From assembly GCA_963706445.1 (NCBI GenBank), contig OY970160.1, forward strand, positions 160,001-224,000: a stretch of DNA of 64,000 nucleotides, given 5' to 3'. A program made the translations under genes and the position numbers. The notes below the pieces were generated by a model. The model saw only the letters and a list, made by a program, of their open reading frames with translations. It did no database searches and was not told the DNA's origin. The stretch is from an uncultured Nitrososphaerales archaeon (GTDB taxonomy: Archaea > Thermoproteota > Nitrososphaeria > Nitrososphaerales > Gagatemarchaeaceae). Shown piece after piece: positions 8,556 through 15,577 of the stretch (the first letter of the stretch is position 1; the number at the start of each line of letters is the position of its first letter).

Positions 8556-9689
8556 TTAAGACCGTTCTGTGTCTCTCTTGCTTGCGTTCTGAATAAGCGT
8601 TAACCACTTGTTCTCTCCGCCAACCTTGATTCCTGCCAAGTCTGCGGGAGTCTTCCCCTTCAAGGCCAGATGAGGCCTCACGAAGTTGTGGTAGATTTGA
8701 CAGCCCTTTAGAATCGGGGAATCGTCCGTCTTGAGGCCTCGAAAGGTCTTCTCCCTGTCCCGTATCTCCCCATTCAATCGCTCCATCTTGTTATTGTGAA
8801 TCTTCCCTCTTAGCGTAATCTCGCGGATGTGGGTTGGCGGGTTGCGGAAGGTGTAGTATTCCTTGTTGAACGCCTTGACATAGGAGTTCAGCCCGTCCGT
8901 GATGAGGGTCTTCGGAGTCTTCCCCGCCCTCTCCTTTCCCATCCTGAAGATACTCCGAGCGTCATGGGTGAATTTGGAATCGGCGACCTCTTGTGCTATC
9001 CAGAAGCGGGTCTCGTCGTCCATGATGGCGAAGACATACTTCATCTTCCCCTTGATGTTGACCCATAGCTCGTCGGCTCTCCAAGTGTCAGAGACTTGAG
9101 GGGTTATCTTGTCGAGATGTTTCTCCATTAGTCCCACATACTTCGTTATCCAGTTGTAGACAGTCTGATGCGAGACCTCAGCACCCACGAGCCTAAGCGA
9201 TCTCTGCGTGGCTCTGAGGCTCTCCCCTGAGAAGTATAGCTGGAGAGCCATCGTTATCGCCTTGGGATTGTGCTTCATTCGTTCGAACCCTATGTTAATC
9301 GTGAAGTATCTTCGGCAGTCGAGGCAGTTGAACTTCTGGATGGAACCGCCCTTGTTGTGCCTCTTCCCGTCTTTCACTATGTGCTTTGAACCGCAGAATA
9401 TGCAGGAGTCGGTCGTTGTGAAGTCAGCGAGGACTCCAAGCTCTACCGCCGTCCGAATCTTCCGTGAAAGCTCGACCGCGACTATGTGCTTGCACTTGGC
9501 TTGTCGGTAAGCGTAGTCGGGGCAGGAGCAAGCCCATCCTGACTCCAAGGCTCGGACTGAATACTCCACCTTCCCCGACTGAGACCTGACCGCGTATTCG
9601 TTGTCGTCTAACCTTCGAACTTGGTCTCCAAGGTCGCAGATTAGCCTGCCACGCTCAGCGCGAAAATCATAAGCGGGAGCTTGGCTCAT
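8556..9689 (-). CDS. IS6-like DDE transposase with N-terminal SWIM zinc finger and IS1-like Zn ribbon
   Basis: CSCPD…CKH (SWIM), CIFC…CLDC, HTH, WRADE / ITDG / NNKMERLNG catalytic DDE. Confidence 0.9.
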   Translation of the reverse strand: MSQAPAYDFRAERGRLICDLGDQVRRLDDNEYAVRSQSGKVEYSVRALESGWACSCPDYAYRQAKCKHIVAVELSRKIRTAVELGVLADFTTTDSCIFCGSKHIVKDGKRHNKGGSIQKFNCLDCRRYFTINIGFERMKHNPKAITMALQLYFSGESLRATQRSLRLVGAEVSHQTVYNWITKYVGLMEKHLDKITPQVSDTWRADELWVNIKGKMKYVFAIMDDETRFWIAQEVADSKFTHDARSIFRMGKERAGKTPKTLITDGLNSYVKAFNKEYYTFRNPPTHIREITLRGKIHNNKMERLNGEIRDREKTFRGLKTDDSPILKGCQIYHNFVRPHLALKGKTPADLAGIKVGGENKWLTLIQNASKRDTERS

Positions 9690-9781
9690 CTGTCAGCCAA
9701 CTCCCTCTCATTCTGTCGGGCTTCGAGCCTCTCGAAATATTCCTCGTCGCCCATTTCGAAGCGGAGTTCTTCTGTGCTCAT
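9686..9781 (-). CDS. 31-aa leader ORF coupled to the transposase
   Basis: MSTEELRFEMGDEEYFERLEARQNERELADR*; its TGA overlaps the transposase ATG; homolog in element 2. Confidence 0.7.
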   Translation of the reverse strand: MSTEELRFEMGDEEYFERLEARQNERELADR

Positions 9782-9790
9782 CTTGCTCAC

Positions 9791-9855
9791 GTATGCACCT
9801 ATGCACGGGGGTTATATAAGATGCGTGGTTAGTGGAGAGAACTTATATGCACGTA
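9791..9855. promoter_or_regulatory. Divergent promoter region with TATGCAC repeats (putative RHH operator)
   Basis: TATA-like TTATATAA and TTATAT; TATGCAC three times. Confidence 0.55.
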
Positions 9856-9872
9856 TCTACCGACTACCGCGC

Positions 9873-10040
9873 ATGGGAAAGACCACACGGTTGAACCTCG
9901 TCGTTGACGAGGACTTGGAGCAGAAGTTCCGTCGTGCCGTTTTCGACAAATATGGTATGAAGAAGGGGAACATACAGAAGGCTGTAGAAGAGGCGTTGCA
10001 GGATTGGATGAAACAGCAGAAGAGAGAGAACAGAAGTTAG
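9873..10040 (+). CDS. Ribbon-helix-helix (CopG-like) regulator
   Basis: MGKTTRLNLVVDEDLEQKFR…KGNIQKAVEEALQDW; divergent from the transposase. Confidence 0.75.
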   Translation: MGKTTRLNLVVDEDLEQKFRRAVFDKYGMKKGNIQKAVEEALQDWMKQQKRENRS

Positions 10041-10462
10041 ACACGGCCTACAAACACTTGGCTGAAAATCTTGCCAAGGAAAAGGCTGAATACGCGAAGA
10101 AGGCAGAAGAGCTTGAAACCCACTATGAACATATCAACCTCAAAACGATGGAATATGAAGTGGCGAAGGACGAAAAGAACGCCACCTATGCTTTCTTCGC
10201 GACGTTTCAATTCTTCTCACTTGCTCAAACCTTCCGACTTGCAGAGAGAATGACGGCTGAGTTTGAAACACTTTACAAGTCGGATTACATCTCCATGAAG
10301 AACTCGATAAGGATCGAAAAACAGCTACCTAAGAGAGTCGCGTTGGATTTGGATGGAGCAATAGCCCGATATGAAAAGTCGTTAGAAGGTCGGTTGATGG
10401 CGAAAGAAGACAAGGCCATGTTGACTTTCTTCTGGAATTACTTCATGGGAGACCAGACATGA
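10004..10462 (+). CDS. Hypothetical helical protein (element 1)
   Basis: 152-aa ORF in operon between the RHH gene and the terminal ORF; start uncertain. Confidence 0.6.
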   Translation: MDETAEEREQKLDTAYKHLAENLAKEKAEYAKKAEELETHYEHINLKTMEYEVAKDEKNATYAFFATFQFFSLAQTFRLAERMTAEFETLYKSDYISMKNSIRIEKQLPKRVALDLDGAIARYEKSLEGRLMAKEDKAMLTFFWNYFMGDQT

Positions 10463-10785
10463 TACCTGAAAACCAGATGAAGCTCGCCCTTCTGGAAGAG
10501 TTCAAGAAGGCCTACAGGTATCAGAGCTTCTATTTCGAGGAATGCGAAGCCCTTTCGAGCCTCATACAGAGAGCTATACAATACTATCAAAAGCAAGGGT
10601 TAGAGGTTCCCAACAGGCAGGAGCTTTACAGGCTCGCTGAGGCCTTGCAGGGAGTCGTGGACAAGCACGAGGAGTTCAAGCGGTCCGTCTTACCCGACGA
10701 TTCTTTACACCACCCACAAAAACCCTGTTCCGACGAGGACTTGACAGAACCGGAAAACAGGTTCTGTTACCTCTTAGACGGATGA
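10459..10785 (+). CDS. Conserved terminal ORF of element 1 (reads through right TIR and DR)
   Basis: ATGA-coupled; QKQGLEVPNRQELY resembles CERNNIEIPDRERLY in 14025..14384. Confidence 0.65.
   Translation: MIPENQMKLALLEEFKKAYRYQSFYFEECEALSSLIQRAIQYYQKQGLEVPNRQELYRLAEALQGVVDKHEEFKRSVLPDDSLHHPQKPCSDEDLTEPENRFCYLLDG
10752..10759 (+). repeat. 8-bp target-site duplication GGAAAACA, copy 2 (shared between elements)
   Basis: …ACAGAACC-GGAAAACA-GGTTCTGT…. Confidence 0.92.
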
Positions 10786-10818
10786 CCCCTGCGAGTTCTC
10801 GCTGTTACTTTTCGGGGG

Positions 10819-11433
10819 TTATTTCTTAGGCTTCCTAAAGACGATTTCTTCCTTCTTCTCTCGGTAGGTGACATCAAACTTGCGAAAGATGCTGTCCCTG
10901 CCCAAGACAGCGTGAGGAATCGAGCCTTCCTTGTCTGGGACAAGCACCCTCAAGTTTTCGAATGAACAGAACGGATGACGCCCCTTGAGAACCTCGACCA
11001 AGTCTATAGTGACTTCGTAAGTCCCAAACATTCCTCCAGCACCAACTGCTTCGTGTTTTTTCACTTTCTTCTCGGGTTGTGGCGTCTGCACTTCCATCCG
11101 CTCCACTTGAATCTCTTCCTTTGTAACCAGCCCCCCATGTTGCATCAACTGCATCTCCTGTTGGACTACCTGCGTCTCCTGTGTAGCCTGCTCGTGCTGT
11201 GGGCGCGGCTCCTGAGTCACAGGTTCCAATTCGAAGCCCAGAATGTTCATCAGGTCTATTGGCATGAATGTGGCAGTAGCTCCTGAATCAACGAGTGCGT
11301 CGGTTCGGAAAGATTTTCCCTTGTGACTTAACCGAATGTGAACCAACGGTAGTCTAAAAGGGCGCTTCAGTCTCGGGTCGGTAAAAGTTAGGTAGCTACA
11401 GACGATGGCGGCTTGACCATGAGGCCGGAACAC
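10819..11433 (-). CDS. Retropepsin-like (clan AA) aspartyl protease with Q/E-rich insertion
   Basis: ALVDSGAT catalytic motif, VGAGG flap, VLGRDSIF motif. Confidence 0.8.
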   Translation of the reverse strand: MFRPHGQAAIVCSYLTFTDPRLKRPFRLPLVHIRLSHKGKSFRTDALVDSGATATFMPIDLMNILGFELEPVTQEPRPQHEQATQETQVVQQEMQLMQHGGLVTKEEIQVERMEVQTPQPEKKVKKHEAVGAGGMFGTYEVTIDLVEVLKGRHPFCSFENLRVLVPDKEGSIPHAVLGRDSIFRKFDVTYREKKEEIVFRKPKK

Positions 11434-11440
11434 TACGTCC

Positions 11441-11647
11441 TCACATCAGCATTATTGCGTCGGCAGGAACCTTCATTATGAAAGGCTCTTTGTCTGGGAA
11501 TTTCCTCTTTGCTTCGTTATACACTTCTTTCGCGTTCAATCCCTTGGCTACAACATCCTTTCCAACAACGGCAATCCACTTACCTGCTTCGAGGTCTTTG
11601 CTCACTGACATTACATACTCAAACTCACTCATGACTTGGGCTACCAT
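11441..11647 (-). CDS. DUF5678-like small protein
   Basis: GKWIAVVGKDVVAKG…EVYNEAKRKFP…PFIMKVP pattern; directly upstream of the protease. Confidence 0.75.
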   Translation of the reverse strand: MVAQVMSEFEYVMSVSKDLEAGKWIAVVGKDVVAKGLNAKEVYNEAKRKFPDKEPFIMKVPADAIMLM

Positions 11648-11733
11648 AATCTCGACCTCTGCACGCGCTATTAATCGATTGCGGTATTTATGTTAACATG
11701 GAGGTCAAATCCATACGTATCTAAACCAAAGAG

Positions 11734-12864
11734 TCACGAAATGAGCCCCTTTTCCCTGCTCGCGTTCTGAATCAGGGTCAACCACTTGTTCTTCCCCATC
11801 ACCTTGATTCCTGCCAAGTCCGCAGGGGTCTTTCCGTCCAAGGCCTGATGAGGCCTTACGAAGTTGTGGTAGATTTGTAGGCCCTTCAGGATGGGCGTAT
11901 CCACGACCTTCAGCCCCCGCATCACCCTCTCGCGGTCTCTAAGCTCTCCGTTCAACCGTTCCATCTTGTTGTTATGGATTTTGCCCCTGAGAGTAATCTC
12001 CCTGATGTGCGTCGGCGGGTCTCGGAAGGTGTAGTATTCCTTGTTGAACGCCTTGACATAGGCGTTCAGCCCGTCCGTGATGAGAGTCTTCGGAGTCTTC
12101 CCTGCCCTCTCCTTCCCCATCCTGAATACGCTCCGTGCGTCGTGGGTGAACTTCGTGTCTGCGACTTCCTGAGCCAGCCAGAAGCGGGTCTCGTCGTCCA
12201 TCATGGCAAAGACATACTTCATGTCCCCTCGGAACTTGACATAGACCTCATCGGCTCTCCAAGTGTCAGACACTTGAGGGGTAATCTTGTCGAGGTATGT
12301 CTCCATCAGGCCGACATACTTCTGAATCCACTTCCAAACCGTCTTGTGTGAGACTTCCACGCCCAACAGTTTCAGGGATTTCTGTGTATTCCGAAGGCTC
12401 TCGCCTGAGAAGTATAGCTGAAGGGCGGTCGTGATAGCCTTGGGGTCGTGCTTCATCCTCTCGAAACCCACGTTCACGGAGAAGTCGCATCCGCACTCTC
12501 GGCAGGTGAACCTCTGAAGGTCTCCTGCCTTGTTATGGCGAACTCCGTCCTTGATGACATGCTTCGAACCGCAGAACAGGCACGCGTCGGTCGTGGTGAA
12601 CTCCGCGAGTGTCCCAAGCTCAACAGCCGTCCGAATCTTTCGCGAAAGCTCTACCGCGACTATATGTTTGCACTTGGTTTGTCGGTAGGCATAGTCGGGG
12701 CAGGAGCAAGACCAGCCCGACTCCAAGGCTCGGACTGAATACTCCCCCTTCCCCGACTGAGACCTGACCGCATACTCGTTGTCGTCTAACCTTCGAACTT
12801 GGTCTCCAAGGTCGCAGATTAGCCTGCCACGCTCAGCGCGAACATCGTAGGCAGGGAGGCTCAT
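11734..12864 (-). CDS. IS6-like DDE transposase with SWIM and Zn-ribbon domains (second copy)
   Basis: Same motifs as 8556..9689; clearly homologous but diverged. Confidence 0.9.
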   Translation of the reverse strand: MSLPAYDVRAERGRLICDLGDQVRRLDDNEYAVRSQSGKGEYSVRALESGWSCSCPDYAYRQTKCKHIVAVELSRKIRTAVELGTLAEFTTTDACLFCGSKHVIKDGVRHNKAGDLQRFTCRECGCDFSVNVGFERMKHDPKAITTALQLYFSGESLRNTQKSLKLLGVEVSHKTVWKWIQKYVGLMETYLDKITPQVSDTWRADEVYVKFRGDMKYVFAMMDDETRFWLAQEVADTKFTHDARSVFRMGKERAGKTPKTLITDGLNAYVKAFNKEYYTFRDPPTHIREITLRGKIHNNKMERLNGELRDRERVMRGLKVVDTPILKGLQIYHNFVRPHQALDGKTPADLAGIKVMGKNKWLTLIQNASREKGLIS

Positions 12865-12956
12865 TGAAAGTCGAGCCCCCTGAACTTTCGGTATTCTGCC
12901 TGTCTTTCTTCATACTCTTCGTCTCCCATTTCGAAGCGGAGTTGTTCTGTGCTCAT
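12861..12956 (-). CDS. 31-aa leader ORF coupled to the transposase
   Basis: MSTEQLRFEMGDEEYEERQAEYRKFRGLDFQ*; ATGA overlap with the transposase start. Confidence 0.7.
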   Translation of the reverse strand: MSTEQLRFEMGDEEYEERQAEYRKFRGLDFQ

Positions 12957-13075
12957 ACTATATCCCTATACTCCTATACCATATAAACCTATACTTCTTT
13001 ACTCAGAAAAGAGAACATGAGACGATTGATTCGTTGTTTTCAGGGCAACAGTATAAATATAGGAAACTATACGGC
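12957..13075. promoter_or_regulatory. Divergent promoter region with CTATAC repeats (putative RHH operator)
   Basis: CCTATAC three times around ATATAAA plus CTATAC after TATAAATA. Confidence 0.55.
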
Positions 13076-13083
13076 ATTAAGAC

Positions 13084-13245
13084 ATGGCAAAGATGGAAGT
13101 CGTCGAACTCGATGACGAATTGGACGCGAGATTCAGGCAGGCGATAATGAAATCAAAGGGACTCCGCAAGGGAGTCATCAAGGAAGCCTTCGAAGAAGCA
13201 ATCGAGGACTGGATAGCGAAGTCTCTGAAGGCGAAAGGAAAGTGA
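13084..13245 (+). CDS. Ribbon-helix-helix (CopG-like) regulator (absent from ORF track)
   Basis: MAKMEVVELDDELDARFRQAIMKSKGLRKGVIKEAFEEAIEDWIAK…; homologous to 9873..10040. Confidence 0.75.
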   Translation: MAKMEVVELDDELDARFRQAIMKSKGLRKGVIKEAFEEAIEDWIAKSLKAKGK

Positions 13246-13628
13246 GCGACAAGGAAGAATTAGAGACAATCGCCTACAGCCAGCGAATGCTACACACAAT
13301 CGAGAATGACGCGCTGAGAGCGGCAGATGTCCTCGTCGGGGAGGCAGAGAAGGCCCGACGTTATCCCAACCTGCAACTCAACCCATTCAAGAGCTTGATG
13401 CTCACAGCAAATCTCCTGCACGATTTGTCTTTCATGGCAACCGTCCAAGAGTATCTTCTCTCCAAAGAGAGCTTGAGGCTGTCGGCAGGAACCGACCCCG
13501 AATTGCTTCAGCAGACATTAGCGAAGGTGCGGGAAGTCGAGGTCGAGTTGAAGAAAAGAGAGAAGGGGCTGAACTGGGTCGATAATCTCCTGAATCACAC
13601 GCCCGAAACTGGAGAAAGGGAACCATGA
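13242..13628 (+). CDS. Hypothetical helical protein (paralog A)
   Basis: GTGA-coupled to the RHH gene; C-terminal KGLNWVDNLLNHTPET. Confidence 0.7.
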   Translation: MSDKEELETIAYSQRMLHTIENDALRAADVLVGEAEKARRYPNLQLNPFKSLMLTANLLHDLSFMATVQEYLLSKESLRLSAGTDPELLQQTLAKVREVEVELKKREKGLNWVDNLLNHTPETGEREP

Positions 13629-14020
13629 AGTCAAAGAAAGCCAGATGGACTACAATCACCACCAAGCAGGCTGAGGACGTTCTCGACCTCCGATTGAAGG
13701 ACATCAGGAAGTCGCTTCAGACGCTCAAGGAAAGGGGGTTCGACGCGACCAAGAGGCCAGACCCGAAGGACATCAACCTGATGCTCACATGGAGCATACT
13801 CGGATTGGCGCAGAGGACGCTCAAAGACCTTGAAATCCTCTATGTCTACCACAAGATGTGGATTGAGAACATTGAGGGTTCTCCGAATAGCTACACCAAA
13901 CAGAATCCCAAGCTGGCTAAGAAAGTGTCGAAGCTTGCGAGAGAGATTCAAAGTAGAAAGAAGGGGCTTGATTGGGTGGACAACTTAATCGAGCACACGC
14001 CCGACACGACACCCATCTGA
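13625..14020 (+). CDS. Hypothetical helical protein (paralog B)
   Basis: ATGA-coupled; C-terminal KGLDWVDNLIEHTPDT. Confidence 0.7.
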   Translation: MKSKKARWTTITTKQAEDVLDLRLKDIRKSLQTLKERGFDATKRPDPKDINLMLTWSILGLAQRTLKDLEILYVYHKMWIENIEGSPNSYTKQNPKLAKKVSKLAREIQSRKKGLDWVDNLIEHTPDTTPI

Positions 14021-14024
14021 GGCG

Positions 14025-14384
14025 ATGGAATTGGATTCAGACAGAATGAGGATGGCGATGGTCGCGGAGACCCAAGAACTGATTCGAAGGGAGAAATTGG
14101 CCTTGGAGCTGATAGATGTCCTCGACTTCAACTTCCAATGGCTTCTGCGCTTCTGCGAGAGGAACAATATCGAGATACCCGACCGAGAAAGGCTCTATCT
14201 CTCGCTGAACAAGGTTAGGCGACTCATGGGGCAGTTATCCCCCGAAAATTCCCACCGAGACGACTTTGACCCCAACTTCCGAGAAGGTAACAGAACCGGA
14301 AAACAAGAAGTTTATAACCCCGAAAAAATTGGTGGGGTTCAATTAACGATTAACACCGTTAAGCAACGAGTGAAACAGAAATGA
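14025..14384 (+). CDS. Conserved terminal ORF of element 2 (reads through right TIR into host DNA)
   Basis: Similar to 10459..10785; no stop inside the element. Confidence 0.65.
   Translation: MELDSDRMRMAMVAETQELIRREKLALELIDVLDFNFQWLLRFCERNNIEIPDRERLYLSLNKVRRLMGQLSPENSHRDDFDPNFREGNRTGKQEVYNPEKIGGVQLTINTVKQRVKQK
14298..14305 (+). repeat. 8-bp target-site duplication GGAAAACA, copy 3
   Basis: Follows the right TIR of element 2; 5 bp upstream of TTTATAA. Confidence 0.92.
14311..14317 (+). promoter_or_regulatory. Probable TATA box of dnaG
   Basis: TTTATAA preceded by purine-rich BRE-like sequence, upstream of dnaG. Confidence 0.5.
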
Positions 14385-14399
14385 AAGGAGATAAAGGAA

Positions 14400-15569
14400 T
14401 TGCCAGATTCAGGTATAGTAAAGTATCTAGTAAAACTCAAGTTTGAAGTAGACGGGGTCGTTGAAAGAGCCGACGTAATCGGGGCGATCTTCGGTCAAAC
14501 CGAGGGTCTCTTCGGCCCTGAGATGAACCTCAACGAGCTTCAGAAGAGTTGGAAGGTAGGCAGGATAGAGATTAACCTAGAGTCGAAGAACGACAAGACC
14601 AGGGGTGAGGTCATCGTCCCCATGTCCACCGACATCGGCACCGCGGCTCTTATCGCCGCAGCCGTGGAGAGCGTCGACAAGGTCGGGCCGTGCAGCGCCA
14701 GATTCACAGTAGGTGTCATAGAGGACGTCCGCGCAGTCAAGCGGAAGCAGATAGTAGACAGGGCAAAGCTCATAGTCAGAGACTGGAGCTCAAAGACTTC
14801 CAGCGAGGGGGAGAACCTCCTCAAAGACGTCACCGAGTCCACCAAGAGGGCGAAGGTCGTCAACTACGGGATGGAGAACCTTCCCGCAGGCCCCGGAGTC
14901 TTCTCATCAGAGTTGGTTTATCTCGTCGAAGGAAGGGCGGACGTCGTCCTCTTCCTCAGGGCAGGCATCGAGAACGTCGTGGCCCTTGAGGGGACCAGCG
15001 TTCCAGAGTCGATAATCGAGCTCGGGAAGAAGAAGCGGCTCATCGCAGTCTTGGACGGCGACAGAGGAGGGGACCTGATTCAGAAGGAACTGGCCCAGGT
15101 GGTCAGGGTTGAAAAGGTCCTCAGAGCGCCCACAGGCAAGGAAGTCGAGGATCTAACCCCCATTGATGTAATCAACCTCCTGAGGGAGGGAGGGGCCGAG
15201 CCGGCCGCGGTTTCTCGCAAGGAGAGGAGGGAAGAGAGGGCTGCACCCGCGGTCCCCGCAGAGCCCGACGAGCCGGTGGTCGTCAAGACAAGAGAGCTAT
15301 TCCCGAACCTTAACGGGACGCTGGAAGCTGTCCTCCTCGACCAGGGACTCCAGGAGATAGGCAGATTCCCAATCAGCGAGCTGGTCCAAAAGATGGAGGG
15401 GACCAATGGTGCTCAGTATCTGATCTTCGACGGCATTGTGACCCAGAGGCTGGTAGAATCAGCCGCCAGGCTGGGCGTGAAGGGGATAATCGGCCACCGC
15501 ACTGGCGAGCTGGGCGAAGTCCCAGGCGACGTAAGGATTGGGACCTTCCGCGACCTCGGCCTAGAGTAG
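14400..15569 (+). CDS. dnaG: Archaeal DnaG (primase-like, exosome-associated)
   Basis: DVIGAIFGQTEGL, GRIE, VEGRADV, DGDRGG motifs. Confidence 0.95.
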   Translation: MPDSGIVKYLVKLKFEVDGVVERADVIGAIFGQTEGLFGPEMNLNELQKSWKVGRIEINLESKNDKTRGEVIVPMSTDIGTAALIAAAVESVDKVGPCSARFTVGVIEDVRAVKRKQIVDRAKLIVRDWSSKTSSEGENLLKDVTESTKRAKVVNYGMENLPAGPGVFSSELVYLVEGRADVVLFLRAGIENVVALEGTSVPESIIELGKKKRLIAVLDGDRGGDLIQKELAQVVRVEKVLRAPTGKEVEDLTPIDVINLLREGGAEPAAVSRKERREERAAPAVPAEPDEPVVVKTRELFPNLNGTLEAVLLDQGLQEIGRFPISELVQKMEGTNGAQYLIFDGIVTQRLVESAARLGVKGIIGHRTGELGEVPGDVRIGTFRDLGLE

Positions 15570-15577
15570 CCGGGCCG

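Larger units (their letters stand above)
7797..10751. mobile_element. IS6-like cargo-carrying unit transposon, element 1 (2955 bp)
   Basis: Perfect 24-bp TIR GGTTCTGTCAAGTCCTCGTCGGAA (7797-7820 / 10728-10751), 8-bp DR, IS6-type DDE transposase inside. Confidence 0.92.
10760..14297. mobile_element. IS6-like cargo-carrying unit transposon, element 2 (3538 bp)
   Basis: 13-bp TIR GGTTCTGTTACCT (10760-10772 / 14285-14297), 8-bp DR, paralogous transposase. Confidence 0.9.

Noticed and set aside
13032-13042. TTGTTTTC in element 2, complementary to the target (possible guide RNA)
   Set aside because: Only 8 nt, AT-rich, no counterpart in element 1 and no RNA scaffold; chance is likely.
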